A stretch of 64,000 bases of DNA from an uncultured Candidatus Rokubacteria bacterium (GTDB taxonomy: Bacteria; Methylomirabilota; Methylomirabilia; Rokubacteriales; DASRDR01): the NCBI GenBank assembly GCA_963805625.1, contig CAWDVE010000021.1, positions 64,001 through 128,000 of the forward strand, written 5' to 3'. The notes beneath the pieces are model-generated. The model was not told the origin of the DNA and searched no databases. It saw nothing but the letters and a program-made list of their open reading frames with translations. The position numbers and the translations under genes were made by a program. Shown one piece after another: positions 20,858-29,632 of this stretch. Numbering within the stretch: the first letter of the stretch is position 1; every line of letters starts with the position of its first letter.

Positions 20858-21116
20858 CGGGCTATGCTCGCTGCTCGCGGGGACCGATCGGGCGGGCCGG
20901 CGGGCCCATGGTGTCTCGCAGCGTACCGGGGGGCCTCCCCGACCGTCAAGGCGCGGCCGTCCGTCGGGGCGCCGGCCCTGAGCAAGTCGAACGCGTCCAG
21001 CGTCATTCCGAGCGGACGGTCCTTACCGATGACGATCCGGGCCGCCCGAGGGGGATGGACGTCGCGCGCCGCGGCGTCCCCACGATACCACTCGTGGGGC
21101 GCCGCGCCGGGCACGC

Positions 21117-21416
21117 TCAGGCGAGATCCCGATCAAGGCGGAGGAGGACCTCCAGGAGAACCTTACGGCGGTCGCGAGGTGCGTCGAGTGTCCCCGCCCG
21201 CCGCCCGATCTGGTTACCGGCGGCGTCGACCGCAGGACCGAGGCCGGCCTCGACCATCCGGCCCGCCAGCCACTGGCGCGCCGACCGATCCTCGTCGGAG
21301 AAGGCGCGACGCGTGTACGGACGGTCGGGGCGCGTGAAGGTCTCGAGCGCGCGGAGATCACCGGCGAGCCGCTCGGCCGACGGCTGAGGCAGCCCGGCCG
21401 AGAGGGCGTCACTCAC
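21117..21416 (-). pseudogene. Internally deleted M20 Zn-dependent hydrolase (allantoate amidohydrolase/carbamoylase-like)
   Basis: N-terminus (TRRAFSDEDRSARQWL...DAAGNQIGR) joined directly to a C-terminal helix (KVLLEVLLRLDRDLA*); catalytic core absent. Confidence 0.65.
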
Positions 21417-21450
21417 GGGCCGTCCGCTGGCGGCCAGCAGCACGCGGTCC

Positions 21451-22338
21451 TCACGTGGGCAGGACGGCCGACGCGAGCGCGCCCGCAATCCCCGCCAGCG
21501 CTCGGCCCGCTGGCGTCTCCCCGTGGTCGAGGACGAAGGGCCGCCCGCGGTCGGCGGCCGCGGCGAGCCGCGGGTCGAACGGGACTCGCCCGAGGAAGGG
21601 CAGGCCGTGCTGGGCGGCCGTCGCCTCTCCGCCCGGGCCCTCGAAGAGCGGGCCAACGGTGCCGCACGTCGGGCACACGTAGCCGGCCATGTTCTCGACC
21701 AGCCCGAGGAGCCGCGCCCCGCGCTCGCGGGCGAGAGTCATGGCGCGGCGCACGACCAGGTGGGAGACGCCGGAGGGAATCGTGACCACGACCGCGCCGG
21801 TCAGCCCGGGCAGGAGGTCGAGGAGCGTCGGCAACCGATCGGCGCCCGGCGGGAGGTCGATGAGGAGAACGTCGAGCGTGCCCCAGGCGGTGTCGGCCAG
21901 GAACTCACGGAGGGCCGTGCCCTCCATGGTCCCACGCCAGGTGTGGGCCTCGGCCTGGGTGGGAGCGTCCCACTCGACGGGCGCGTCGTCGCCGGGCAGG
22001 AGCAGATCCATCGACAGGACGCGGATCCCCTCGGCGGAGACGGCCGGCTGCACGCCATCCCGCTCGACCCGGAGCGTCTGACCGCGCACGCCCAGCATCT
22101 TGCCGATGGACGGGCCGTTGAGGTCCGCGTCGAGGACGCCCACCCGGAGCCCGCGCCCCACGAGCGCCCCCGCGAGGTTCGCGGTGACCGAGCTCTTGCC
22201 GACGCCGCCCTTGCCGGAGACCACTGCCACACTGGCGCGGATCGGGGCCATCCGGGCGGCGAGCCGTGCCTGCTGCGCGACGACCTGCTCGCGGATGTTC
22301 GAGCCGCCGTCGCCGGCGATGTCGCGATAGCCCTTCAC
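21451..22338 (-). CDS. Mrp/NBP35 (ApbC) family Fe-S carrier ATPase
   Basis: SGKGGVGKS, DADLNGPS, DLPPG, ENM..CPTC; GTGA overlap with the upstream stop. Confidence 0.9.
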   Translation of the reverse strand: MKGYRDIAGDGGSNIREQVVAQQARLAARMAPIRASVAVVSGKGGVGKSSVTANLAGALVGRGLRVGVLDADLNGPSIGKMLGVRGQTLRVERDGVQPAVSAEGIRVLSMDLLLPGDDAPVEWDAPTQAEAHTWRGTMEGTALREFLADTAWGTLDVLLIDLPPGADRLPTLLDLLPGLTGAVVVTIPSGVSHLVVRRAMTLARERGARLLGLVENMAGYVCPTCGTVGPLFEGPGGEATAAQHGLPFLGRVPFDPRLAAAADRGRPFVLDHGETPAGRALAGIAGALASAVLPT

Positions 22339-23351
22339 ACCCCGCTCCCCTCGTCGCTCGTGTCGAGCGGAGCCGCGGCGGGGTCCCGGAGGTGCGCCCG
22401 GAACCGGCACATGAGGTCCTCGCCGAGGAAATCCCCGGACTGGCCGTGACGCTCCGTCTCGAAGTAGTGCCGGATGCGATCCAGGCGCTCCTGCGCCTCG
22501 GGGTTCAGGCTCACCGTGCGGATCTCGGCCTTCGCCGCGTCGAAGGCATCGAACGTGAGTTCGGTGAAGCCGAGCTCGCGGATGCGCTTGACCGCCTTCA
22601 TCATCGCCTGGTTGCGGAACCGGGTGAGGAGCGGCGAGGTGATCTCGGCCACACCCATCCGCCGCGCGCGCCGCTCGGCCGCCTTCCGGATGCCCTCACG
22701 GACGAACTCCGGCGCCGTCTGGAGCCGCGCCCAGGCCTCGGGCGTCCAGCGCACGGGCGTCTCCGGTGCCGCCTGCCAGAGCCGCTCGACGACCTCCACG
22801 GTGACCCGGTCGAGGCCCGCGCGCCGTGCTTCGATCTCGACGTCCCGCTGGAAGAGGCGCAGCACGAAGTCCGCCATCATGGCCGGGGCCTTCCCGAGAC
22901 GCGCGACGAGCCGGGCCTCCGCCTCCGGCGTCCAGAGGAGCGGCACCGCTGCCGTTTCGGTCTCGGCCTCCGCCTCGGCTTCCCGGATCAAGGCCGGCGT
23001 TACCGCGACCGCGCCGTGCTCGGCCGCCAGCTCCTCGCAGATCCGACGCGTCATCGGCCGCATGAACGGCGGGACGGCGTCGAGCAGCGCCAGCGCCTCG
23101 GGGGTCCACGGCGCGGCCGACTGCGGAACCTGGTAGGCGCCGCTCGCGGCCAGACCCATCATCTCGCCCTTGTAGCGGGTCATGAGCTCGGGTGTGATCA
23201 CGCGGACGCCCTCGGCGCGCGCCCGCTTCTCGGCCAGCCGCCGGACCATGCCGCGGAGGAACACCGGAGCGCGCGCGACCCGCGCCTCGGCCTCCGGCGT
23301 CCAGCGCACCTCGCCGGGTTGGGGGTCCGGCGGCGATCCGGCCGCGCTCAC
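22335..23351 (-). CDS. Protein made of four tandem PCP_red-like (BchB/ChlB C-terminal) domains
   Basis: Four repeats each starting WTPEA and ending (I/V)T: WTPEAEARVARAPVF, WTPEALALLDAVPPF, WTPEAEARLVAR, WTPEAWARLQTAPEF. Confidence 0.8.
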   Translation of the reverse strand: MSAAGSPPDPQPGEVRWTPEAEARVARAPVFLRGMVRRLAEKRARAEGVRVITPELMTRYKGEMMGLAASGAYQVPQSAAPWTPEALALLDAVPPFMRPMTRRICEELAAEHGAVAVTPALIREAEAEAETETAAVPLLWTPEAEARLVARLGKAPAMMADFVLRLFQRDVEIEARRAGLDRVTVEVVERLWQAAPETPVRWTPEAWARLQTAPEFVREGIRKAAERRARRMGVAEITSPLLTRFRNQAMMKAVKRIRELGFTELTFDAFDAAKAEIRTVSLNPEAQERLDRIRHYFETERHGQSGDFLGEDLMCRFRAHLRDPAAAPLDTSDEGSGV

Positions 23352-23773
23352 GGCTCGCGGCTCCACGCCGCCCGCGCGAGCATCACGGCCGTGACGACCG
23401 TGAGGAGGCAGAAGGCCCAGGCGCCGGCCCGCAGGGACACGTCGAGCCCGAGGACGGAGACGGTCTCGGCGCGGGGCATCCGGGCGATCCGCGCCACCTC
23501 GATCGCGCGGAGCGCGACGAGAAGCGTCAGGACGCGCGCGAAGTCCCGCCGCGAGAGCACCCAGCGGTCGAACCACGCGCGCTCCTTGACGAGGAGCCAG
23601 GGGAAGACGACGACGAACAGGGCGCCCACGACGAACCAGGCCGTGCCCCCACGCTCCATGCCCCGCGGGCCGAGTCCACCGCTGGCCAGGACGAGCCCCC
23701 CGAGCCAGTAGACGACGCCGTAGGCGACGTAGGTCCAGGCAGCCTGACGGTATCGCGCCTCCCGGGTGTCCAT
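23348..23773 (-). CDS. Hypothetical membrane protein (~4 TM)
   Basis: 141 aa, hydrophobic, translationally coupled to the downstream gene. Confidence 0.7.
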   Translation of the reverse strand: MDTREARYRQAAWTYVAYGVVYWLGGLVLASGGLGPRGMERGGTAWFVVGALFVVVFPWLLVKERAWFDRWVLSRRDFARVLTLLVALRAIEVARIARMPRAETVSVLGLDVSLRAGAWAFCLLTVVTAVMLARAAWSREP

Positions 23774-23780
23774 CGCCGGC

Positions 23781-25163
23781 TCACCCGTCCCCGGCCACGG
23801 GAGGCCGGCCGGAGGCCGGCGTGAACGGTCGCCCCGGCGAGATGCCCCAGCGGCTCCGCACCTCGGCGAGGAGCGCCGGCGTCACCGTCGCCTGCCCCTG
23901 GCCGCGCGCGTAGGCCTCGACCGCCTGGACCACCATCGCCCGGGCGAACCCGGGGATGGCGTCGAGCCGGGCGCGGGCCGCCGGCTCCCACCCGAGCGCG
24001 AAGCGCACCTCGAGCCCGAACGTCTGCTCGACCCCGAGCCGGATCAGCTCGCCGCCGTGGGCACCCGGCTGGTAGCCGCAGGCCGGGTCCTCGGCGAGGT
24101 AGTCGCCGTAGGTCGCGTAGGCGCGGCAGCGGCAGCCGCCGCAGATCTCGCGGAACTCGCAGGCGCCGCACCGGCCGCCGAGCGGGCCCGTGCGAAGATC
24201 CGTGAAGACCCGGGACCGCTCCCACAGCTCGGCGAAGCCAGTCTCGCGGAGGTTCCCCGCCGCCACCGGCATGTAGGGACACGGCGTCACGTCACCCGTC
24301 GGCGTGATGCGGCAGTAGTACTTGCCGGCGGGACAGGAGCCGTGGGCGTAGTTGGCGAGGAGCGGGGAGCGGGGGTCCAGCTCGTAGAGTACCCGCCGGA
24401 AGTGCGGCGCGCACTTGGCCCGGATCAGGAGGCCGCCGGCCCGGCCGATGGGCACGCTCCACGGATCCTCGCGCCGCTCGAGGACGGAACCCGGCGCGGC
24501 CCCGTCGGGCGCGCCGCCCGCCCCCTGGGCGCGCGCCAGGTACGTGAGGATCTCCTCGTACTGCGCCGGCGTGATGTCGGTGAGGCCCTCGCCCCGGCCC
24601 GTCCGCACCAGGAAGAAGAAGTTGAGCACGCGTGCCCCGAGCTCCCGCGAGAGGTCGATCATCGCGGGGATCTCCCCGACGTTCCAGTCGGTGACGCTCA
24701 TGTGAAGCGAGAAATCGATCCCCTCCGCCCGGAGCGCCTCCGTCGCCCGGACGGCGGCGCGCCAGGCCCCGGGCAGGTGCCGGAACTCGTCGTGGCGCCC
24801 CGGATCGGTCGAGTCGAGGGAGAGCGAGGCGCCCTGGACCCCGTGCGTCTTCATGAGGCGCGCTTGCTTCTGCCGGAGGAGGACCCCGTTGGTCCCGAGC
24901 ACGACCGTGAAGCCGTGCTCGCGCCCCTCGGCGGCGAGCTCGAAGATGTCCGGGCGGAGGAGCGGCTCTCCGCCCGTTAGGATGAGGAACGTTCCGGGAT
25001 TCACCCGGGCGATGTCGGCCATCACCCGCCGGCACTCGTCCGTCGAGAGCTCGCCCGCCGCGGAGGCGCCCGGCGCCGCGCTGATGTAGCAGTGGGCGCA
25101 GAAGAGGTTGCAGCGCTGGGTGAGGTTCCACGAAACCGCGTACGCCTTGTAGGTCATCGCCAT
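23781..25163 (-). CDS. Radical SAM/SPASM enzyme (AhbD/NirJ-like) with a C-terminal PCP_red-like domain
   Basis: CNLFCAHC, TGGEPL, SPASM cysteines (CPAG..C..PCP..CGAC...CGGCRC..DPAC), tail WEPAARARLDAIPGFARAMV. Confidence 0.88.
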   Translation of the reverse strand: MAMTYKAYAVSWNLTQRCNLFCAHCYISAAPGASAAGELSTDECRRVMADIARVNPGTFLILTGGEPLLRPDIFELAAEGREHGFTVVLGTNGVLLRQKQARLMKTHGVQGASLSLDSTDPGRHDEFRHLPGAWRAAVRATEALRAEGIDFSLHMSVTDWNVGEIPAMIDLSRELGARVLNFFFLVRTGRGEGLTDITPAQYEEILTYLARAQGAGGAPDGAAPGSVLERREDPWSVPIGRAGGLLIRAKCAPHFRRVLYELDPRSPLLANYAHGSCPAGKYYCRITPTGDVTPCPYMPVAAGNLRETGFAELWERSRVFTDLRTGPLGGRCGACEFREICGGCRCRAYATYGDYLAEDPACGYQPGAHGGELIRLGVEQTFGLEVRFALGWEPAARARLDAIPGFARAMVVQAVEAYARGQGQATVTPALLAEVRSRWGISPGRPFTPASGRPPVAGDG

Positions 25164-25196
25164 AGCCGAGCTCACTCTACAACCCGTCTTGCAGGA

Positions 25197-25625
25197 TCAG
25201 TGGCGCGATGCCGCCGGTCTCCACCACGGCTGGAAGGTCGCCTCGAATTCAGCGCTCGCCCATTCAAGGCCGTCCACCCGCACAATGTACACGCCGCGCT
25301 TGAAGGCGAGCAGAGGCTCCCGTTCACCCTGAACGGTATTGACTCGGTCGCCTCGCAGGTAGACCCATAGCCGTGAGCTCCATGGCGCGAGTAGGTGGGG
25401 CTCGGCGTAGTCAAGGATGGTCCCCTCTTCGCCCCATGCTCGAACCCGTAGTGGTGGGCCCAGGGTCTCGAGGACTTCTTCGGATGTCATACCGGGACGG
25501 ACAGATCGGATGGAGGCGGCGCTGACGCCCGGTGCGACCCGCCAGTACGGTCCGACGACGCTCACCGTGAGCCCGCCTGCCACCAGGAGCGCCGTCGTCA
25601 TCGGTCGCCATCCCGCGAGGCTCAT
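25197..25625 (-). CDS. Small hypothetical protein with SmpA/OmlA-like motif
   Basis: N-terminal hydrophobic stretch, then IRSVRPGMTSEEVLETLGPP. Confidence 0.5.
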   Translation of the reverse strand: MSLAGWRPMTTALLVAGGLTVSVVGPYWRVAPGVSAASIRSVRPGMTSEEVLETLGPPLRVRAWGEEGTILDYAEPHLLAPWSSRLWVYLRGDRVNTVQGEREPLLAFKRGVYIVRVDGLEWASAEFEATFQPWWRPAASRH

Positions 25626-25714
25626 CGGGACCAAGCCTCCCGCCAGTCTGTGAGGCCTGGGCCTCTCCCTCGCGTCCAGGCTGTTGAGCGGCTGCCCACA
25701 ACTCTCCGAAAACG

Positions 25715-27616
25715 CTAGCTCTGGGGCTTGTTCTTGATGTAGCCGGCGATGACCTCGTTCATCGTGACCCGCGCGTGGCCGATCCCCTCCTCGCACAGGG
25801 CGAGGTCGATGAAGCCCACCTGCTTCTCGCGCGCCACCTTCTCGATCGCCTCGCGCGTCATGTCCCGCATGAAGCCCGCCGGCACGCGGTTCAGCCGCGC
25901 GACCGCGTCGTCGGTCCAGGTGAAGGCGCCGTTCGGGTCGGTCACGTCCTTGAGCGTCGCCTGGGCGAACCGCGTGTTGGCGATGAGCGTGTCCCAGCCG
26001 TCGCCGAGCTTGTCGCGTCCGACGGTCTCCTCGATCAGCGGGAACGCGATCTCCTTGGTGATCACGGGAATCTTGCGCGTCCGCGCGTACTTCTCGATCC
26101 GCGCCTTCGCGCGCCGCCGGAGGTAGGCGTCGGTGACCTCGCGGAGGCCCTCCCGCGCGTCGTTGGCCCAGCGGACCGTCACGCCGGGCATGACCTCCTC
26201 CTCGGCGATCCCCCCCTCGGCCGTGGCGATCTGCTCCACCGCCCGGCGGTCGATGTGCGTGAACCCCTCCGGGCCGCCCGAGCAGACCGGGCACTTCACG
26301 ACGGGGTTCGGGCCCTTCACGACGTAGCCGCAGACCGAGCAGATCGCCGTCACCGCGGCGTCCTCCGCCCGGAGCTTCGCGACCGCCAGGTCCTCGGCCA
26401 GGATCTGCATCTTCTCCGCCATCCGGCCCGGCATGAAGATCGCCATCGCCTCGTCGATCACCTTGGAGGTGATGACCGTGTGCCCCTGCTCGATCGCGTA
26501 CCGGAGGAGCGCCGTCCGGGCCACCCCCGCCACCTGCTCGGGGACCCGCTTCATCCGCTCCCGGGCCTCGTCTGTCCAGGCGATGATCTCTTCGGCCTTA
26601 ACGTCGAGGGGCGGATAGAACTTGCCCGCGACCAGGAGCACGTTGCACGGCGCCAGGCGGAGGAGGTTCTCCGTGTTGGACCCGAGGTCCGCCTCACGCT
26701 CGTCCGAGTGCACGCCGATGCGGCCCAGGATCAGGAGCCAGGGCTGCTCCTTCCGGCAGAACTGCAGCACCTTCTCGAAGCACTTGCCGTCGAGCAGCGT
26801 GATCGCGAGATCGACCCCCTCGTCGGCCGCGAGCTTCCGGCCAATCTCGAGGTGCGACTGGTAGATCTTGGCCAGCCCGGTGTCGATGATCTCCTCGTGG
26901 AGCTGCTCCTGCTCCTTGAAGCGGAAGACCTTCGAGGCCTGCTCGGTCAGCACGCCGACGATCCCGTTGAACATGGCATAGTGGAGGTAGGGATCGTAGA
27001 CGGCGACCGCATGGACCGGCCGGTGGAGGGCCTTGCCGAGCGCGATCCCGACCTTGAGCCCGTGGAAGGACTGGGGGCTTCCGTCGAGCCCGACGACGAT
27101 CGCGCCCTGCTGCGCTTCGGGCGGCTCGGGGCTCCGGATCACCAGCGTGTCGACCGGCGTCTTGCGCACAAACCGCTCGGTCACGGAGCCGAGCTGGCTG
27201 TCGCGGACCGCGCCAAGCCCGAGGGCGCCCATGATCACGAGGTCGTAGTCCTTGCCCTGGACGTCCTCGATCAAGGCCTTGTAGTGCTTGCCGTCCATCA
27301 TCCGCGGCTCGAACGGGAGCCCGGCGGCTTCCGTCTTCTTTCGCATCACCTCGAGGTACGAGTCGGAGACCAGCTGGAGGCCCATCGCGATCAGCGAGTC
27401 GTGGATCTTCCGCTGGCGCTCGAGCTCGTGCTCGTCCCGGTACTCCTCGGGCAGCGTGTACTCCATCTGCTTGAAGCGGTAGTCGTGAAGCCGCGCCGCG
27501 TAGACGTGGCAGCCGGTCAAGGTCGAGCCGAAGGCTCGCCCGAGCTCCACGGCCAGGTCGATGGCGCGGTTGGAGTAGTCCGAGTTGTCGACCGGCACGT
27601 AGATCTTCCGGAACAT
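25715..27616 (-). CDS. Multidomain protein: 2x universal stress domain + 3x PCP_red-like + rubredoxin-like site
   Basis: USP motifs KIYVPVDNS/MGALG..LGSVTE and IVVGLDGS/LGSNTENLLR; CSVCGY..CPVC; three W(T/A)xx A repeats; GGGAGG RBS. Confidence 0.88.
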   Translation of the reverse strand: MFRKIYVPVDNSDYSNRAIDLAVELGRAFGSTLTGCHVYAARLHDYRFKQMEYTLPEEYRDEHELERQRKIHDSLIAMGLQLVSDSYLEVMRKKTEAAGLPFEPRMMDGKHYKALIEDVQGKDYDLVIMGALGLGAVRDSQLGSVTERFVRKTPVDTLVIRSPEPPEAQQGAIVVGLDGSPQSFHGLKVGIALGKALHRPVHAVAVYDPYLHYAMFNGIVGVLTEQASKVFRFKEQEQLHEEIIDTGLAKIYQSHLEIGRKLAADEGVDLAITLLDGKCFEKVLQFCRKEQPWLLILGRIGVHSDEREADLGSNTENLLRLAPCNVLLVAGKFYPPLDVKAEEIIAWTDEARERMKRVPEQVAGVARTALLRYAIEQGHTVITSKVIDEAMAIFMPGRMAEKMQILAEDLAVAKLRAEDAAVTAICSVCGYVVKGPNPVVKCPVCSGGPEGFTHIDRRAVEQIATAEGGIAEEEVMPGVTVRWANDAREGLREVTDAYLRRRAKARIEKYARTRKIPVITKEIAFPLIEETVGRDKLGDGWDTLIANTRFAQATLKDVTDPNGAFTWTDDAVARLNRVPAGFMRDMTREAIEKVAREKQVGFIDLALCEEGIGHARVTMNEVIAGYIKNKPQS

Positions 27617-27780
27617 GAAGGCCTCCCTTGGCGACGCCGGAATCACTTGAGCTCGAACTCGACCGCGCCCTCGCCTTCGCGCGAGGCGGGGACGCGGTGG
27701 CGCCCCGGCGGACTCTCACCGATGCGGCACTGGCTACTCTCCGGCGCGGCCACGCCCCGGCGCATCCTAGCGTCGTCGCC

Positions 27781-28167
27781 TCACGGCCCGCCTGGCCCAG
27801 GCTGTCCGGAGGCATCGGTCGGGTCCACCAGGTGGTCGAGCGCCAGCCAGAGCGCCTTGCTGTACCGGAACGACCAGAGCGGGAAGAAGACCGTGAAGGC
27901 GCCCCAGACGAGCACCTGCCACCGGGGGGACGGCGCGAGCCACGCCTCGAGCAGGAAGTAGCCGGCCACCGCGAGCCCCACCGTCAGGCCGTAGTTGATG
28001 TAGATCGCGCCGATGAAGTACCCGGTCTCGCGCTCGAAGAGGAGCCCACACGCCGGGCAGCGTGGCAGCATGCGAACGAGCCCGGTGAAGAGGGGCGCCC
28101 CGCCGCAGCGCGGGCACCGGAGCCCGACCGCTCGCCGGAGCGCCTGAGATACGCGGGCGCGGTCCAC
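27781..28167 (-). CDS. DUF983-like membrane protein
   Basis: CPRCG..LF..CPACG..FERETG followed by two TM helices. Confidence 0.75.
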   Translation of the reverse strand: MDRARVSQALRRAVGLRCPRCGGAPLFTGLVRMLPRCPACGLLFERETGYFIGAIYINYGLTVGLAVAGYFLLEAWLAPSPRWQVLVWGAFTVFFPLWSFRYSKALWLALDHLVDPTDASGQPGPGGP

Positions 28168-28189
28168 CTGGCGCCTCCGTCACACCCGC

Positions 28190-28603
28190 TCATCCATGAT
28201 AGAGCATCCAGTACACCACTACGCCCGTCACCGATACGTAGAGCCAGATCGGGAACGTGACCCGGGCCAGCCGCGCGTGGCGCGCGAACTGGGACCGGAG
28301 CGCCCGATAGAGGGTCGTCGAGACCAGCGGGACGATCGCGACGGCCAGCACGGTGTGGGTCAGCAGGATCAAGAGGTAGAGCGTCCGAAGCCCGCCCTCG
28401 CCGCCGTAGGGACGCGAGCCCACCTGGGCGTGATAGACAAGGTACGAGCAGAGGAACAGCACCGAGAGACCGACGGCCGTCAGCATGCAGGCCCGGTGCA
28501 CGGCGATGCGCCGCTGCCGGATGGCCACGAAGCCGACGAGCATCGCCACCGCCGCCGACGCGTTCAGCACCGCGTTGATGGTCGGCAGGATGGTGAGACT
28601 CAC
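28190..28603 (-). CDS. DUF420 (CtaM-like) oxidase-associated membrane protein
   Basis: LPTINAVLN, HRACM, FLCSYLVYH, IWLYVSVTGVVVY. Confidence 0.88.
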   Translation of the reverse strand: MSLTILPTINAVLNASAAVAMLVGFVAIRQRRIAVHRACMLTAVGLSVLFLCSYLVYHAQVGSRPYGGEGGLRTLYLLILLTHTVLAVAIVPLVSTTLYRALRSQFARHARLARVTFPIWLYVSVTGVVVYWMLYHG

Positions 28604-28634
28604 CGGCCGGTCAGCCTCGGGGTCACGACCCGCG

Positions 28635-28961
28635 TCAATGCTGCGGCGCCTCGACCTTCTTCGAGTCGGCCGTCTGGTGCGGCGCGTGGAGCGAGTCGGG
28701 CAGCAGCACCATCACCAGGAGCGCGCCGATCACCACCGGCGTGAGGGCGATGTAGCCCAGCGTCTTCACCTCGAGGCGGAGATGCATGAAGTAGAGCGCC
28801 ACCATCGCCGCCTTCGTGGAGGCCAGGATCACCAGCAACACGCCGACCGCCATCTTGGCGATGGGCAGGTAGATGACCGCGATCTCGATCACCGTGAGCA
28901 CCGCCAGGTACCAGAAGATGGCCATGTAGCTCGGCCCGTGCTTCGCGTGAGTGTCCGCCAT
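28635..28961 (-). CDS. Cytochrome c oxidase subunit IV
   Basis: LAVLTVIE, KAAMVALYFMHL. Confidence 0.88.
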   Translation of the reverse strand: MADTHAKHGPSYMAIFWYLAVLTVIEIAVIYLPIAKMAVGVLLVILASTKAAMVALYFMHLRLEVKTLGYIALTPVVIGALLVMVLLPDSLHAPHQTADSKKVEAPQH

Positions 28962-28986
28962 CGTCGCCTCCGTCCCGCTCGCGCGC

Positions 28987-29610
28987 CTACAGGAGGTAAA
29001 TGAACGTGAAGACCATGATCCAGACCAGGTCGACGAAGTGCCAGTAGAGCCCGGCGATCTCCGAGACCATGTAGTTGTACTGCATGTCCTTGACTCGGCT
29101 GATCACCTTGTAGATCGAGAGGAGGTAGATCACGCCGCCGGTCACGTGCAGCCCATGGAAGCCCGTGATGATGAAGAAGCTCGCCCCGAAGAGCGTGGAC
29201 CCCCAGGGGTTCCCGAAGATCTTGAGCCCGCGGTGAATCAGGTGTGTCCACTCGTAGGCCTGGAGCCCGACGAAGATCGCCCCGCCCAGCGCCGTGAGCA
29301 GGACGAACATCTTGGCGCGCGCCAGGTTCGAGCTCTTGAGATTCTCGAGCGCCTTCACCATGGTGACGCTCGAGCAGATCAGGAGGAACGTCATCAGGGC
29401 GGTGAGCTGGATGCCGAGCACCTGGGCTGGGTGCGGCCAGTCGACGCTGCCGGCTCGCAGGGCACCGTAGGAGGCCAGGAGCACGCCGAATCCCACGGCG
29501 TCGCCGGCCAGGAAGATCCACATTCCGAGCTTGCCCCAGCTCTCAGGCGTCAGGGGCGACTCGACCGGCTCGACGGCCGGATGGTGCAGCGCGGTAGCTG
29601 CGTCGCTCAC
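28987..29610 (-). CDS. Cytochrome c oxidase subunit III (second copy)
   Basis: KLGMWIFLAGD, TGFHGLHV, GLYWHFVDLVW. Confidence 0.9.
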   Translation of the reverse strand: MSDAATALHHPAVEPVESPLTPESWGKLGMWIFLAGDAVGFGVLLASYGALRAGSVDWPHPAQVLGIQLTALMTFLLICSSVTMVKALENLKSSNLARAKMFVLLTALGGAIFVGLQAYEWTHLIHRGLKIFGNPWGSTLFGASFFIITGFHGLHVTGGVIYLLSIYKVISRVKDMQYNYMVSEIAGLYWHFVDLVWIMVFTFIYLL

Positions 29611-29632
29611 GATCCGCTCTCCTTCCCTGCGG

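Noticed and set aside
22335-27616. Photosynthesis or chlorophyll synthesis implied by PCP_red-like domains
   Set aside because: No nitrogenase-like BchN/BchB catalytic domains or other bch/chl genes in the window.
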